Source: Candidatus Eiseniibacteriota bacterium
GTDB lineage: Bacteria > Eisenbacteria > RBG-16-71-46 > CAVPCR01
DNA: 64,000 nucleotides
Reading direction: 5' to 3'
NCBI GenBank assembly: GCA_963823555.1
Contig: CAWGMA010000004.1
Coordinates: forward strand, 128,001-192,000
Part shown: in pieces, positions 47,959-58,269 of the stretch
How positions within the stretch are numbered: position 1 is the stretch's first letter
Layout of the letters: each line of letters begins with the position of its first letter
Position numbers and translations under genes: made by a program
The notes under the pieces: generated by a model
The model's input: only the letters and a program-made list of their open reading frames with translations
The model's database searches: none
Told to the model about the DNA's origin: nothing

Positions 47959-49554
47959 CTAGACAGCCTCTGAGATCAGCTTCGCCTGCACGAACAGCAG
48001 CAGGTAGTCGCGGCCGCCGGCCTTGGAGTCGGTGCCGGACATGTTGAAGCCGCCGAAGGGATGGACGCCGACCAGGGCCCCCGTGCACTTGCGGTTGACG
48101 TACAGGTTGCCGACGTGGAACTCACGCTTGGCGCGTTCCACCCGCTCCCGGTTCTTCGAGTAGATGGCGCCGGTGAGACCGTAGTCGGTGTTGTTGGCGA
48201 TCGCGAGCGCATCCTCGAAATCGCGTGCCTTGATCACCGCCAGCACCGGGCCGAAGATCTCCTCCAGTGAGATGCGGGCCTTGGGTGCGACATCGGCGAA
48301 GACGGTGGGGGTGATGAAATAGCCCGGTCGGTCGAGTGTCCCGCCGCCAGTCAGCAGGCGCCCCTCCTTCTTTCCGATCTCGATGTACTCGAGGATCTTC
48401 TCCTTGGCGCCAGCGCTCACCACCGGGCCCATGTCGACGCCGGGTTCCGCCGGATCACCGACCCTGATCGTTTCGACCTTGGCCTTGAGTCGTTTCACGA
48501 ACTCATCGTAGACCGATTCGACCACGATCACCCGCGAGCACGCCGAGCACTTCTGGCCCTGAAAGCCGAAGGCCGAAGCCACGACTCCCGCCACCGCCGC
48601 GTCGAGGTCCGCCTCGGCATCGACCAGGATCCCGTCCTTGCCGCCCATCTCGGCGATCACCCGCTTGATCCAGATCTGACCCGGCTGGGTCGTGGCGGCG
48701 CGGGCATTGATGTCGAGCCCCACTTCCATCGAGCCGGTGAAACAGACGAAACGCGTCCGGGGGTGTTCGACGATCGTGTTCCCGATCTCGCCGCCGGATC
48801 CGGTCAGGAAGTTGACCACGCCGGCGGGCATGCCGGCCTCCTCGAGGATGGCGAAGAACTGGGCCGCGATCGCCGGCGAATCGCTTGCCGGCTTGAGCAC
48901 GACGGTGTTGCCGGTGACGATGGCGGCGGTCGTCATGCCTGCCAGGATCGCCAGCGGGAAGTTCCACGGCGGGATGATGACTCCGACGCCGAGCGGGATG
49001 TAGATGAGCTCGTTCTTCTCGCCCGGGATCCGGGTCAATGGCTGATCCGCGGCATAACGCAAGTTCTCGCGGGCGTAGAACTCGAGAAAGTCGATGGCCT
49101 CCGCCGTGTCGGCGTCGGCCTCGATGCAGTTCTTACCTACCTCGAGGATCATCCAGGCATTGAGCTCGAACCGCCGCTCCCGCATGAGGGCCGCCGCCCG
49201 GAACAGGAGAGCGGAACGGTCGCGAGCCGGCTGCCATCGCCAGGATGCCAACGCCTCTTCGGCGGCTGCGATGGCCTCGACCGCCTGCTCGCGGCTGGCG
49301 CGCTGGAACGTGCCCAGCACCTCGGCGGGGTTGGTGGGATTGGTCGAGGTGAAGGTCTTCGGCCCCTTGGTCCGGCGGCCGCCGATCACGAGCTCATAGG
49401 TGCGGCCGAGCTGGGCCCGGACCCGGGCCAGCGCCTGGCGCTGGCGCTCCTGGTTCTCCGGGCGCGAAAAATCGGTCAGGGGCTCGTTCTTGAACTCGCC
49501 GGGTGCGGCCGCCGGCGCCTCCGCCACGGCGCCCTGGTGCTTCGGTGCGGACAT
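47959..49554 (-). CDS. pruA: L-glutamate gamma-semialdehyde (P5C) dehydrogenase
   Basis: FKNEP, IPPWNFPLAI, FTGSMEVG, AEMGGKD, FQGQKCSACSR, EEIFGP and PFGGFNMSGTDSKAGG. Confidence 0.95.
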   Translation of the reverse strand: MSAPKHQGAVAEAPAAAPGEFKNEPLTDFSRPENQERQRQALARVRAQLGRTYELVIGGRRTKGPKTFTSTNPTNPAEVLGTFQRASREQAVEAIAAAEEALASWRWQPARDRSALLFRAAALMRERRFELNAWMILEVGKNCIEADADTAEAIDFLEFYARENLRYAADQPLTRIPGEKNELIYIPLGVGVIIPPWNFPLAILAGMTTAAIVTGNTVVLKPASDSPAIAAQFFAILEEAGMPAGVVNFLTGSGGEIGNTIVEHPRTRFVCFTGSMEVGLDINARAATTQPGQIWIKRVIAEMGGKDGILVDAEADLDAAVAGVVASAFGFQGQKCSACSRVIVVESVYDEFVKRLKAKVETIRVGDPAEPGVDMGPVVSAGAKEKILEYIEIGKKEGRLLTGGGTLDRPGYFITPTVFADVAPKARISLEEIFGPVLAVIKARDFEDALAIANNTDYGLTGAIYSKNRERVERAKREFHVGNLYVNRKCTGALVGVHPFGGFNMSGTDSKAGGRDYLLLFVQAKLISEAV

Positions 49555-49689
49555 CAGTCTCTCCTCTCTCTCCGAGATGGGTCGGGCCGGAGAGCATAGC
49601 AAGTCGACGCGATCGGGTCGAGGCGGGGGCGATCACCGGAGTGCCGCCCTTCCCGTGTTGCCGGCCGCCGGATGTGCGACAATGCGGCG

Positions 49690-50976
49690 ATGTTCGCGGG
49701 TCCAAGAACGCTTGAGCGGAGCGTCCAGCGGTGGCTCGGGGCCGTCATCCTGGCCGCCGCCGGCCTCGTGACCGCGGCGCCCACGGTCGCCGGGGCCACC
49801 CCCGGCGACGCCGTCCCGAGCGATACCGGAGCGCCGCTCCCCGGTGACGATGCCTATGCGATCCGGGTCCCGCCGCTTGCCGACCCCATCGCCGATGGCT
49901 GGCAACGCGCGCTCGATCGCCCCCCGCGAACGGTCTCATCCAGCGAAGGCGACGCTCTCGCACCGCGTCCCTGGGAGCGGCCCAACACCGTCGCCTCCTC
50001 GAGTCTCTTCGAGAAGTTCCCGCACAATCCCGTGCTCCCGCTGGGGGAGAAGGGGAGCCTCGATTCCGGGCATGCGGAATATCCGAGCGTGGTCCAGGTC
50101 GGCGGCCTCCACTGGCTCTTCTATTCCGCCTATGGGGCGCATCATCGCTGGGAGATTGCCGCCGCGGTGGCCGCGGACGGTATCGCCTGGACCAAGCTGG
50201 GCGTGGTGCTCGCTCCCGACCAGGCCGCTGCGGCCTGGGATTCGGCCACCATTGCCTTCCCCTGTGTCACGGTGGATCCGGCGGCGCCCGCGGAGGAGCG
50301 CTTTCGCATGTGGTACGCCGGGAAGCAGGATGCTCTCTACGATGGCATTGGCTATGCCACCTCAGCGAACGGACGCCAGTGGACGCGCCGGGGGCAAGTG
50401 ATGGCGGTCGGACGGCGCGGCGAGTGGGACGGGTCGCAGATCGTGGATCCCTGCGTCATCGCGGTCGATGGCGGCTACCGCATGTACTATTGCGGCTCCC
50501 GCGATGCTGACGGCCTGTTCGCGGTCGGCGTGGCGCTGTCCGCGGACGGACGAAACTGGGTGAAGTATCCGGACAACCCGATCTACGACCCTTCCACTGC
50601 CGACAACCGCACCGGCGTTTACACGGTCGACGTGGTCTCGGACGCTGGGCGGTTCATTCTCTTCGCCAGCGCGCCGACGGCCGCCGACGAGTACGAGATC
50701 CACGCCGTGCTCTCGACGGACGGCTTTGGATTCGATGCCACCACGCGCCAGGTTGTGCTCGCGCCCGCGCGCGACTCGACGTGGGACGACGCCATGGTCT
50801 ATGGCATGGACGTGATGGCGAGTGGCGACACGTTCTACATGTGGTTCAACGGCATCTATGACCGCCACGTGACGCAAGGGGGGGAGGTCGGGTTGGCGAG
50901 GGTGGCGCGCGCTGAGTTGCTGCGCCTTCTCGACGCTCAGCCGGCGCTGCCGGAATCCCGCCCTTCCGGGCCGTAG
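49690..50976 (+). CDS. Secreted five-bladed beta-propeller glycosidase-like protein (GH32/43/130 clan)
   Basis: Five repeats of the type WD....P.V...FRMWY.G..IGYATS.DG..W; signal peptide. Overlaps the convergent gene by 40 bp. Confidence 0.72.
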   Translation: MFAGPRTLERSVQRWLGAVILAAAGLVTAAPTVAGATPGDAVPSDTGAPLPGDDAYAIRVPPLADPIADGWQRALDRPPRTVSSSEGDALAPRPWERPNTVASSSLFEKFPHNPVLPLGEKGSLDSGHAEYPSVVQVGGLHWLFYSAYGAHHRWEIAAAVAADGIAWTKLGVVLAPDQAAAAWDSATIAFPCVTVDPAAPAEERFRMWYAGKQDALYDGIGYATSANGRQWTRRGQVMAVGRRGEWDGSQIVDPCVIAVDGGYRMYYCGSRDADGLFAVGVALSADGRNWVKYPDNPIYDPSTADNRTGVYTVDVVSDAGRFILFASAPTAADEYEIHAVLSTDGFGFDATTRQVVLAPARDSTWDDAMVYGMDVMASGDTFYMWFNGIYDRHVTQGGEVGLARVARAELLRLLDAQPALPESRPSGP

Positions 50977-51899
50977 CACGGCCAATCGCGGGTCAGGTCG
51001 AGCCACAGGGCGAGCCCCTTGTACTCGCCATAGCGGGCGTAGGCGCGCGCCAGCGCGCGGGGGGTGGCCGGCCGCTTGCGGCCGCGCAGCGCGGCGAACT
51101 TGGCCAGGCACCAGCTGTCGACGGCCAGGTACTCGTGCCGCCCGAGGAGGCGGACCATCTGCTCGGCGGCATAGGGCCCAACTCCGCGGAGTTCCAGCAG
51201 GGCCCGGCGGAGAGTGTCGCCGGCCCAGTCGACGCGACGCAGCCGCTCGAGAGCCTCGGGTTCGCGCGCGGCCCGGAGCGCGAGCTCGTGCAAGGCCGGA
51301 GCGCGATACCCGGCACGGACCACCTCTCGATAGAACGACTCGGGCTCAGCGGCCATGCGAGGGGGTGTGGGGAAGGCGCGGCGGCCGCCGGGCCCGATCG
51401 AACCGAGATGGAGGATGAGCGCCGAGACCATGCGCCGCGTGGACGACCATGTGCAGTTCGTCGTGCAGATGAGCTTGACCAGATCCTCGTAGACGGTGGG
51501 GGCGCGAAGCAATCGTCCGGCGCCCGCAGCCCGCACCCAGCGGAAGCCGGGATCCGAATCGGTGCGGCGGTAGAAGGGCTCGAGATCGACGTCGAAGGCA
51601 AGGATGTCGCGCACGACGGTGCATGCTGCTGCTTGCGCCGCCTCGGAGTTCCCATCGTCGGTCCCGGTGGTTTGAACCGAGACGAGGAGGCGTCTGTGAC
51701 CTGCCGTCTCGCGCACCCGGATCGCGATCACCTCATCCTCGCTGAGCACGTGCAGGAGCGACAGCGATCCATCACGAGCGAATTCGAAGGGGGGCAGGTC
51801 ATACCAGCCATGGCCGGTGGCCGTCGGGATGAGGCGGAATCCGGGCGGGGTCTCGATTTCGATGTCGGTCTGGCGGCGGCTGACGGCGGAGCGGTCCAT
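50937..51899 (-). CDS. HhH-GPD DNA glycosylase (AlkA/OGG-like)
   Basis: YEDLVKLICTTN, AFPTP, GYRAP, LRGVGPYAA and AVDSW. Confidence 0.82.
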   Translation of the reverse strand: MDRSAVSRRQTDIEIETPPGFRLIPTATGHGWYDLPPFEFARDGSLSLLHVLSEDEVIAIRVRETAGHRRLLVSVQTTGTDDGNSEAAQAAACTVVRDILAFDVDLEPFYRRTDSDPGFRWVRAAGAGRLLRAPTVYEDLVKLICTTNCTWSSTRRMVSALILHLGSIGPGGRRAFPTPPRMAAEPESFYREVVRAGYRAPALHELALRAAREPEALERLRRVDWAGDTLRRALLELRGVGPYAAEQMVRLLGRHEYLAVDSWCLAKFAALRGRKRPATPRALARAYARYGEYKGLALWLDLTRDWPCYGPEGRDSGSAG

Positions 51900-52040
51900 G
51901 GGTTGATGGTAGCGTGCCGGAGCGGGGTGCGATATCCAGTTCTCTCCTGCTCCGCCAGCATCCCGTGGTTTGACTTGAAGCCGGGCTCTCCCTAGGCTCC
52001 CAGCGCTCGACGTCATGCTCCATCACCGAGGTCGGACTTC

Positions 52041-53342
52041 GTGACCCACCCGATATCGATTCGCACGCTTCTGCGGCGGAACGAGAACTTCCGCAACCTG
52101 TGGATCGCCCAGCTGGTGAGCTACCTGGGTGACTGGTTCAACACCCTCGCGGTGTTCAGCCTCGTCACCGAGCTTACCGGCCAGTCGGGTCAGGCCCTGG
52201 CCCTGGTCCTCATCTCGCGCTTCCTCCCTGCCCTTGTGTTCAGCGCGGCGGCCGGGGTCGTGGCCGACCGCTACTCCCGGCGGTGGATCCTGATTGCCAC
52301 CGATCTCCTGCGTGCGGTCGTCGTTCTCGGGTTCCTCTTCGTGAGGGACCCCGATCAGGTGTGGCTCATCTATGCGCTGACTGCGGCTCAGCTCTCCCTC
52401 TCCGCGTTCTTTCAGCCCGCGCGTGATGCGGCCGTACCGACGATCACCAGTCGCCAGGAGCTCTTGGCGGCCAACGCGCTCAGCGGGGCGAGCTGGTCGA
52501 TGATGCTCGCCCTCGGGGCCGCCGCCGGAGGTCTTGTCACGCACTGGATGGGACGCGAGGCGGCCTTCGTGATCGATGCCATCACCTTCATCGTCTCGGC
52601 CCTGGTCGTGCGCCGGGTCAGGATCCCGACTCGCATCCGTCCGCCGCAGCGCGCGGTGTCGTTCAGCGAGCTCAGCGGTGTCAACGACATCATCGAAGGG
52701 GTCCGATATGTCATGGCGCATCCGTCAGTCGCCTGGTTGCTCATGGTGAAGCTCGGCTGGGGTCTTGGCGGTGGGGTGCTCCTCTTGCTTGTCGTCTTCG
52801 GCGAGCAGATCTTCCCGCCCGGCGGCGCGGCCGGAGTGGGTGTCCTCTACGCCGCACGCGGCCTGGGCTCGGCGATCGGGCCCTTCGCCGCCCGCCGGGT
52901 GGGGGGCGAAACGCCTCGTGCCATGCGCCATGCCATCACGGTCGGTTTCGCCTGTGCGGGCATCTTCTACATCGGCTTCAGCCATGCCGGCAGTCTGGGT
53001 CCGGCCGTGCTCGCTCTCCTGGGGGCCCACACGGGGGGGGCCATCCTGTGGGTGTTCTCGACGACGCTCCTCCAGCTCGCCGTGCCGGACCGCTTCCGCG
53101 GGCGCGTCTTCGCCGCGGAATGGGCCCTCGTGACGCTGTCCATGTCGGTTTCGAGCTTCCTGACCGGCAGAGCGCTCGATGCCGGGCTCGACCCGCGTGT
53201 GCTCGCGCGGATCCTGGGAATCGCGTTCCTCCTGCCCGGACTCGTCTGGGCGGGGGCACAGCCGTTCCTGCGCGGGCGCCTCGAGCAGCACATCGCGGCG
53301 CGGCGGGCCGAGGAGCCGCAAAGCGAGCCTGAGCTCGCCTGA
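52041..53342 (+). CDS. MFS transporter (DHA3/MefA-like)
   Basis: FRNLWIAQLVSYLGDW, GVVADRYSRR and VPDRFRGRVF; about 12 TM helices. Confidence 0.9.
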   Translation: MTHPISIRTLLRRNENFRNLWIAQLVSYLGDWFNTLAVFSLVTELTGQSGQALALVLISRFLPALVFSAAAGVVADRYSRRWILIATDLLRAVVVLGFLFVRDPDQVWLIYALTAAQLSLSAFFQPARDAAVPTITSRQELLAANALSGASWSMMLALGAAAGGLVTHWMGREAAFVIDAITFIVSALVVRRVRIPTRIRPPQRAVSFSELSGVNDIIEGVRYVMAHPSVAWLLMVKLGWGLGGGVLLLLVVFGEQIFPPGGAAGVGVLYAARGLGSAIGPFAARRVGGETPRAMRHAITVGFACAGIFYIGFSHAGSLGPAVLALLGAHTGGAILWVFSTTLLQLAVPDRFRGRVFAAEWALVTLSMSVSSFLTGRALDAGLDPRVLARILGIAFLLPGLVWAGAQPFLRGRLEQHIAARRAEEPQSEPELA

Positions 53343-53513
53343 TCCGGACCACCCAGGCCCGCCACGGACGGGAATCTTCCCCCCGCGGTCCTTTGCGGCT
53401 GGGTTTCAACTCTTGCGGGCCGTGTGAAGGGCGTGATATACGGGGCCGATGCAGCGATCCGCGCGCATTCCCTGGGCGCGGGATGGTCGCGATCGAGGCG
53501 TCGAGGGGGAATC

Positions 53514-54281
53514 ATGCAGCTACTTGCGGGCAAGACGGGCCTCGTGATCGGCGTGGCCAACGAGCGGAGTCTGGCGTGGGGTATCGCGCTCGCCCTCCAT
53601 GGCGCCGGAGCTCGGCTCGGGTTCACCTTCCAGGGGGAGCCGTTCGAGAAGCGCGTGCGTCCGCTAGCTGAGCGCCTGGGATCGCCGCTCATCGAGCCCT
53701 GCGATGTCTCCAGCGAAGCCCAGCTCGAGCGCGTCGTGGGCCGGGCCAAGGAGGTGTTCGGGAGCCTGGATCTGCTCGTGCACGCCGTCGCTTATGCCGA
53801 CAAGGCGGCGCTGCAGGGGGAGTACCTGCAGGTGACGCGCGAGGCCTTCTTGAAGGCGATGGAGATCAGCGTGTACTCGCTGACCGCGCTCTGCCGGCTG
53901 GCCCGGCCGATCCTGCGGCCGGGGGGTGCGGTGTTGACGCTGACCTACCTCGGGTCGCAGCGAGTCGTGCCCAACTACAACGTGATGGGCGTGGCCAAGG
54001 CGGCGCTCGAGTCCAGCGTCCGCTACCTGGCTTCCGATCTCGGCCCCAGCGGGATCCGGGTGAACGCCATCTCGGCCGGTCCGGTGAAGACGCTCTCGGC
54101 GACGGGCGTTGCTGATTTCGCGAACATGCTCAAGTACCACGGCGGTCAATCGCCGCTCCGGCGCAATGTCGATCTCGAGGATGTCGGTCACACCGCTCTC
54201 TACTTGATGAGCGACCTCGCAACGGGAGTCACGGGCGAGATCGTTCATGTCGACGCCGGCTACTCGATCATGGGCGCCTAG
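53514..54281 (+). CDS. fabI: Enoyl-ACP reductase
   Basis: GVANERSLAWGIA, YNVMGVAKAALE and RVNAISAGPVKTL. Confidence 0.95.
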   Translation: MQLLAGKTGLVIGVANERSLAWGIALALHGAGARLGFTFQGEPFEKRVRPLAERLGSPLIEPCDVSSEAQLERVVGRAKEVFGSLDLLVHAVAYADKAALQGEYLQVTREAFLKAMEISVYSLTALCRLARPILRPGGAVLTLTYLGSQRVVPNYNVMGVAKAALESSVRYLASDLGPSGIRVNAISAGPVKTLSATGVADFANMLKYHGGQSPLRRNVDLEDVGHTALYLMSDLATGVTGEIVHVDAGYSIMGA

Positions 54282-54994
54282 AGTCCCGCTGGTCGGCGCA
54301 GGACGCAGCGCCAGACGCGGCCCTCGACTCCATGAATGCGTGTCACGGCCACCGGCCCCAGTCCCGCCGCGAAGCGCCGGACCCGCTCCGGGCGCACGCA
54401 GTAAATGGGTGTGTCATCGATGCGGTCCTTCTCGCGCGCGAAATATAGAGCTGGCGCGCGAGCCTCCTCGTCGGTGAAGAAGTCGTAGAAGTCGAAGACG
54501 GTGCCGATCCGGGAGAGCGCGAGCATCTGGCGCACCAGGCGCTGCATGAGACGCCAGTGTGCCGGGGCGTCGTCGACGAGAAGCGCGAACACGCCGATGG
54601 CCACCACGGCATCCGCGACCGGGTGCGGTGACCAGTCGAGCACATCGGCGTGCTGGAAGTCGGCTCCCGGGAAGCGCCGGCGGGCCACGGTCACCATCCG
54701 CGGGGACAGGTCGGTTCCGGTGTAGGTCTTGACCGCGCTCAGTCGTTGCCGCAGGCGAGCATAGAAGTCCCCGGTCCCCGCTCCCACCTCGAGCACGGAA
54801 CGGGCCTGCCACACCTCGAGCACGTCGAGGACGGCATCGTGCCGGCGGTTGCGGTCATCGGGGGCGAACCACTTCGTGGCTTCGAGCAACGCCTCCTGGT
54901 GGGGGCTGGTGTCCGCCCCGGCCCGCGCCACCGAGAGGTCGAATGCCTCTCGGGTGCGCTCGAGTACGCGTCCGGCCCGGGAGTCGTGTCTCAA
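54278..54994 (-). CDS. Class I SAM-dependent methyltransferase
   Basis: SVLEVGAGTG and YTGTDLSPRMV; strong GAGGAGG RBS before a TTG start. Confidence 0.82.
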   Translation of the reverse strand: MRHDSRAGRVLERTREAFDLSVARAGADTSPHQEALLEATKWFAPDDRNRRHDAVLDVLEVWQARSVLEVGAGTGDFYARLRQRLSAVKTYTGTDLSPRMVTVARRRFPGADFQHADVLDWSPHPVADAVVAIGVFALLVDDAPAHWRLMQRLVRQMLALSRIGTVFDFYDFFTDEEARAPALYFAREKDRIDDTPIYCVRPERVRRFAAGLGPVAVTRIHGVEGRVWRCVLRRPAGL

Positions 54995-55103
54995 CGTACC
55001 CTCCTCAAGAAGGCGAGCGCCTCCCCATCCCAGTCTTCGGCCGATCGGAGTCCCTGAGGGTTCCTGGTCGCAGCCTGGCGGCAGGTCCAGCCGGTTGCAA
55101 GCA

Positions 55104-55139
55104 GCAAGCGCCGGCAGCTTGCTGGCTGCCGGCGCTTGC
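55104..55139. repeat. Perfect 15-bp inverted repeat
   Basis: GCAAGCGCCGGCAGC-TTGCTG-GCTGCCGGCGCTTGC. Confidence 0.75.
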
Positions 55140-55462
55140 GCCTACCGTGGAAGCGGGTGCGCCCATCCCTGGATAGCGTCAGGTTCCGGCCGTACGAGTC
55201 CTTCTCGCGCGGCATGGACCGGTGCCACCGCTCCGCGGGCCGAAGCGAACCGCGCGCTGGACCGGATTCTCGGCGATCGGGCGGTCCTCGCCGCTGGCCT
55301 TTGGCCCGCGGCGCCATCCCGCCATCGCCGGAATCCTGACCGGCAAGCGCGGGGGGCGGTGGACGGTCGATCGGCCCCGAGTTCAGATCCCTTCCTCGCT
55401 CGGTCCCTCCGAACAGCCTCAGATACACCGGCCGCGAGGTCTGGTTTCAGCCGATTCGGCCC

Positions 55463-55981
55463 CTATCTTCGCGGTCGCTTCTTGGCTCCAGTCGTCCGGC
55501 TCCTGGCCGCCTGGGCGCGGGGCCGACGCCGGACCGGTGGGCGATCTGCCGCTGGAGTACCGCGCGCGAGGGCGCCTTCTCCGGCCTGGACCCGGATCGG
55601 CATCGGGCGCCGGGTCTGGTCCACGGCCACATAGACCGCCTCGGCCTCGGTCACCTTGACCCGCCGACCGCCCTCCAGCGCACGCTGGGCCTCGACGATC
55701 ACCTTGACCGTCACCGACGTCCGGCCCACGCGCTCCGTGCGCGTATAGAAGCTCACCAGATCGCCGACATACACCGGTTCGTGGAAAACGACCTCGCGCA
55801 CGGCCACGGTGACGAAGGTATGGGTGCCGTGCTTGCGAACCTCGACGCCACCGGCGAGGTCGATGTAGCTCAGGATCACCCCACCGAAGATGGTGCCCCA
55901 GGCATTGGTGTCCCGCGGCATCAGGGTTACCCGCAGGGTGGGTTCACCCCACGGATGACAGGGGATCTTGCTCTCACTCAT
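55463..55981 (-). CDS. Acyl-CoA thioesterase (hotdog, YciA-like)
   Basis: [24 protein letters not shown] and VGRTSVTV. Confidence 0.9.
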   Translation of the reverse strand: MSESKIPCHPWGEPTLRVTLMPRDTNAWGTIFGGVILSYIDLAGGVEVRKHGTHTFVTVAVREVVFHEPVYVGDLVSFYTRTERVGRTSVTVKVIVEAQRALEGGRRVKVTEAEAVYVAVDQTRRPMPIRVQAGEGALARGTPAADRPPVRRRPRAQAARSRTTGAKKRPRR

Positions 55982-56752
55982 CTAGGCACCTCCCGGCGGT
56001 CGCTTGCTCCCGGCCTCCGCCTCGAGGGTCGGCTCGCCGTCATCCCGGTCCACGGTATCTCGCAGAAACTCACGAACCGCATCGTACACCTGCTCCTCGC
56101 GGCCGGTGAGGAGATGTCCCGCGCCCTCGATCCGGACCACGCGCACGGGCTCCGGCAACCGGCGCACCGCCGCGTCCAGTTCCGCACTCGGGCAGAAGGG
56201 GTCGCTGCTTCCGTGCACGAAGAGAATCGGCTTCTGGACCGCGGACAGGTGGTCGGAACCGTAGATGCTGACCGGTGTCCCGATCGAGATCAGGGCGGCG
56301 ACCCGCGGATCCGCCGCTCCGACCGCCACCGACAGCCAGGCGCCGAATGAGAAGCCGCCGGCGACGAGCGGGCGGTCGGGGCAGATGATCGCCAGCCGAT
56401 CGAGCGCAGCGCGGACATCATCGGCTTCCCCGATACCGCCGTCGAAGGCGCCCGCGCTGCGGCCGACACCGCGGAAATTGAAGCGCAGGGTCGGCATTCC
56501 GACGTCGCGTGCGGCGCGCGCGGCGCGGTAGACCACCTTCGAGTGCATGTTGCCCCCATTCAGGGGGTGAGGATGGCAGAAGAGGCCGGCATGTCGCCTG
56601 CGATCGATTGCCGGCCAGGACAGAATGGCCTCCAGAGGGCCGGCCGGCCCGGTGATCCAGCAGCTGCCCGCGAGGGTAGCTCCGGCTCGCTCGGGGCGTG
56701 GCGCCTGGCAGCCTTCCTCGTCGCCCGCTGCTTCTTGCTCGAATTCGTTCAT
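55982..56752 (-). CDS. Alpha/beta hydrolase
   Basis: CHPHPLNGGNM, LRFNFRGVGRS, GFSFG, HGSSD and GAGH catalytic pattern. Confidence 0.88.
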   Translation of the reverse strand: MNEFEQEAAGDEEGCQAPRPERAGATLAGSCWITGPAGPLEAILSWPAIDRRRHAGLFCHPHPLNGGNMHSKVVYRAARAARDVGMPTLRFNFRGVGRSAGAFDGGIGEADDVRAALDRLAIICPDRPLVAGGFSFGAWLSVAVGAADPRVAALISIGTPVSIYGSDHLSAVQKPILFVHGSSDPFCPSAELDAAVRRLPEPVRVVRIEGAGHLLTGREEQVYDAVREFLRDTVDRDDGEPTLEAEAGSKRPPGGA

Positions 56753-56765
56753 TCGATCCAGCCGT

Positions 56766-58181
56766 CTACGAGATCTCGGGGACTACGTCCACCTTCCTCA
56801 GGGGAGGCCTGGCCTCGGCCGCAAGGCTGCGACTCGCCTGGTATCCCATGCCCGCCATGGCGCTGAAGTGCCAGAGGTGAGGGTAGAACATGCTGCTCAG
56901 GAAGAACGTGCAGACAAGATAGGCAACGAAACCGCACTCGGCGCCCGACATGATCTGTCTGAGTCGACGCGCGTCCTCGCTGCGGATGCCGGCGGTCAGA
57001 GCCCGGGATCGGCGGAAGGTGCGTAGGGTAATCACGATCATGCCCAGGATGTAGATCAAGCCGGGCACGCCGAACTGCCCGATGAACTCGATGTACATGC
57101 TGTGCGCCGCGGTCCATCGCGTGTTGATCGTGTTGTAGTAGGTGCCGTAGGTGCGGCTGAAGTTGCCGAGGCCGCAGCCGAACAGCGGGTTGTCGATCAT
57201 CATCTGGATGCCGCCCTTCCAGGCGTCGATGCGGCCCTGCGCCGAGCCCTCGGTCGAGTAGTCCTTCACCGATTCGATCCGCTGCCAGTACGTGGGCGGC
57301 ATGATGGCGAAAAAGATGATGAGCATGACCAGCATCGCGAGGCCGGCCCGAAGCTTGCGCTCGCTCTTCAGCCACATGTAGAGCACCATGCCGACGAAGC
57401 CGACGAAGGCGCCCCGGGAGAACGAGAAGAGGACCGTGAGCCCGGACAGGGTCATGCCGAGGATCAGCACCAGGCGAGCCAGATTGCGCCGCGTGACGGG
57501 CAGGAGGAAGTACATGTAGGGAATCATGATCAGGAGTGCCATGGCGGAGTCGTTCTCGTCGCCGAGGAAGCTGCCGCCGAGATCCCCGAAACGCCGCTGG
57601 CCGGCGGTGACGAACAGAAAGAAGCCCCCGATCGATAGCACGAAGTGCATGAGCACGTAGAGCCAGGTCAGCTTGTAGACCTGGTCGTGCGTGCGAACGA
57701 CGCTGTACATGACCCAGAACACGATGAATGTCTTCGCCATGTCGATCCAGAAGCGCGCCACCATGCCCTGGGATATGGCCACGAAGAGCGAGAAGAACCC
57801 GAGCAGGAGGAAGATGAAGTACGCTTTCACCTGCCAGTTGATCACGACCGGGACCCGGTGGCGAATGACGTTGAGGATCCAGGCGCCCAGGAGCGCGGAG
57901 GAGACGAGGAGCGTCGGACGCAGGGCGGCGATTGCCGGGATTCGATAGCCGGGTTGCAGGTACTCGAAGAGAAGGTAGATGACGATGCCGAGGTACAGGT
58001 TGCGGATGATCGCCATGGCCACGAGGAGGACAGGGGCCACGGCGAGGATGGCGAGGACCGCCGCCTCGGGCACCGGCATCACGAGCACGAGCCCGGCCAC
58101 GAGAGAGACGAAGAGGAGGAAGACCCAGGCCGGATTATCGCGCAGAAAAGCCAGCGCATCGTGTCCAGCACGGATGTTCAT
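56766..58181 (-). CDS. O-antigen ligase/polymerase (Wzy_C) family protein
   Basis: Multi-TM; GDENDSAMAL, SFSRGAF, SAQGRIDAW, NPLFGCGLGNF and AHSMY. Confidence 0.85.
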   Translation of the reverse strand: MNIRAGHDALAFLRDNPAWVFLLFVSLVAGLVLVMPVPEAAVLAILAVAPVLLVAMAIIRNLYLGIVIYLLFEYLQPGYRIPAIAALRPTLLVSSALLGAWILNVIRHRVPVVINWQVKAYFIFLLLGFFSLFVAISQGMVARFWIDMAKTFIVFWVMYSVVRTHDQVYKLTWLYVLMHFVLSIGGFFLFVTAGQRRFGDLGGSFLGDENDSAMALLIMIPYMYFLLPVTRRNLARLVLILGMTLSGLTVLFSFSRGAFVGFVGMVLYMWLKSERKLRAGLAMLVMLIIFFAIMPPTYWQRIESVKDYSTEGSAQGRIDAWKGGIQMMIDNPLFGCGLGNFSRTYGTYYNTINTRWTAAHSMYIEFIGQFGVPGLIYILGMIVITLRTFRRSRALTAGIRSEDARRLRQIMSGAECGFVAYLVCTFFLSSMFYPHLWHFSAMAGMGYQASRSLAAEARPPLRKVDVVPEIS

Positions 58182-58269
58182 GGCCGCTCGGAACTCGCCT
58201 CGCGGCGGCAGGTGGCGGGTGGCAGGAATCGGGTCATCGCTTCGATGGCGAGCATCCTATCATAGCGGT

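Noticed and set aside
54991..55428. 145-aa minus-strand ORF overlapping the methyltransferase start
   Set aside because: Arg/Pro/Gly-rich composition, no recognisable motif, and it spans a perfect palindrome; the downstream gene has its own strong RBS.
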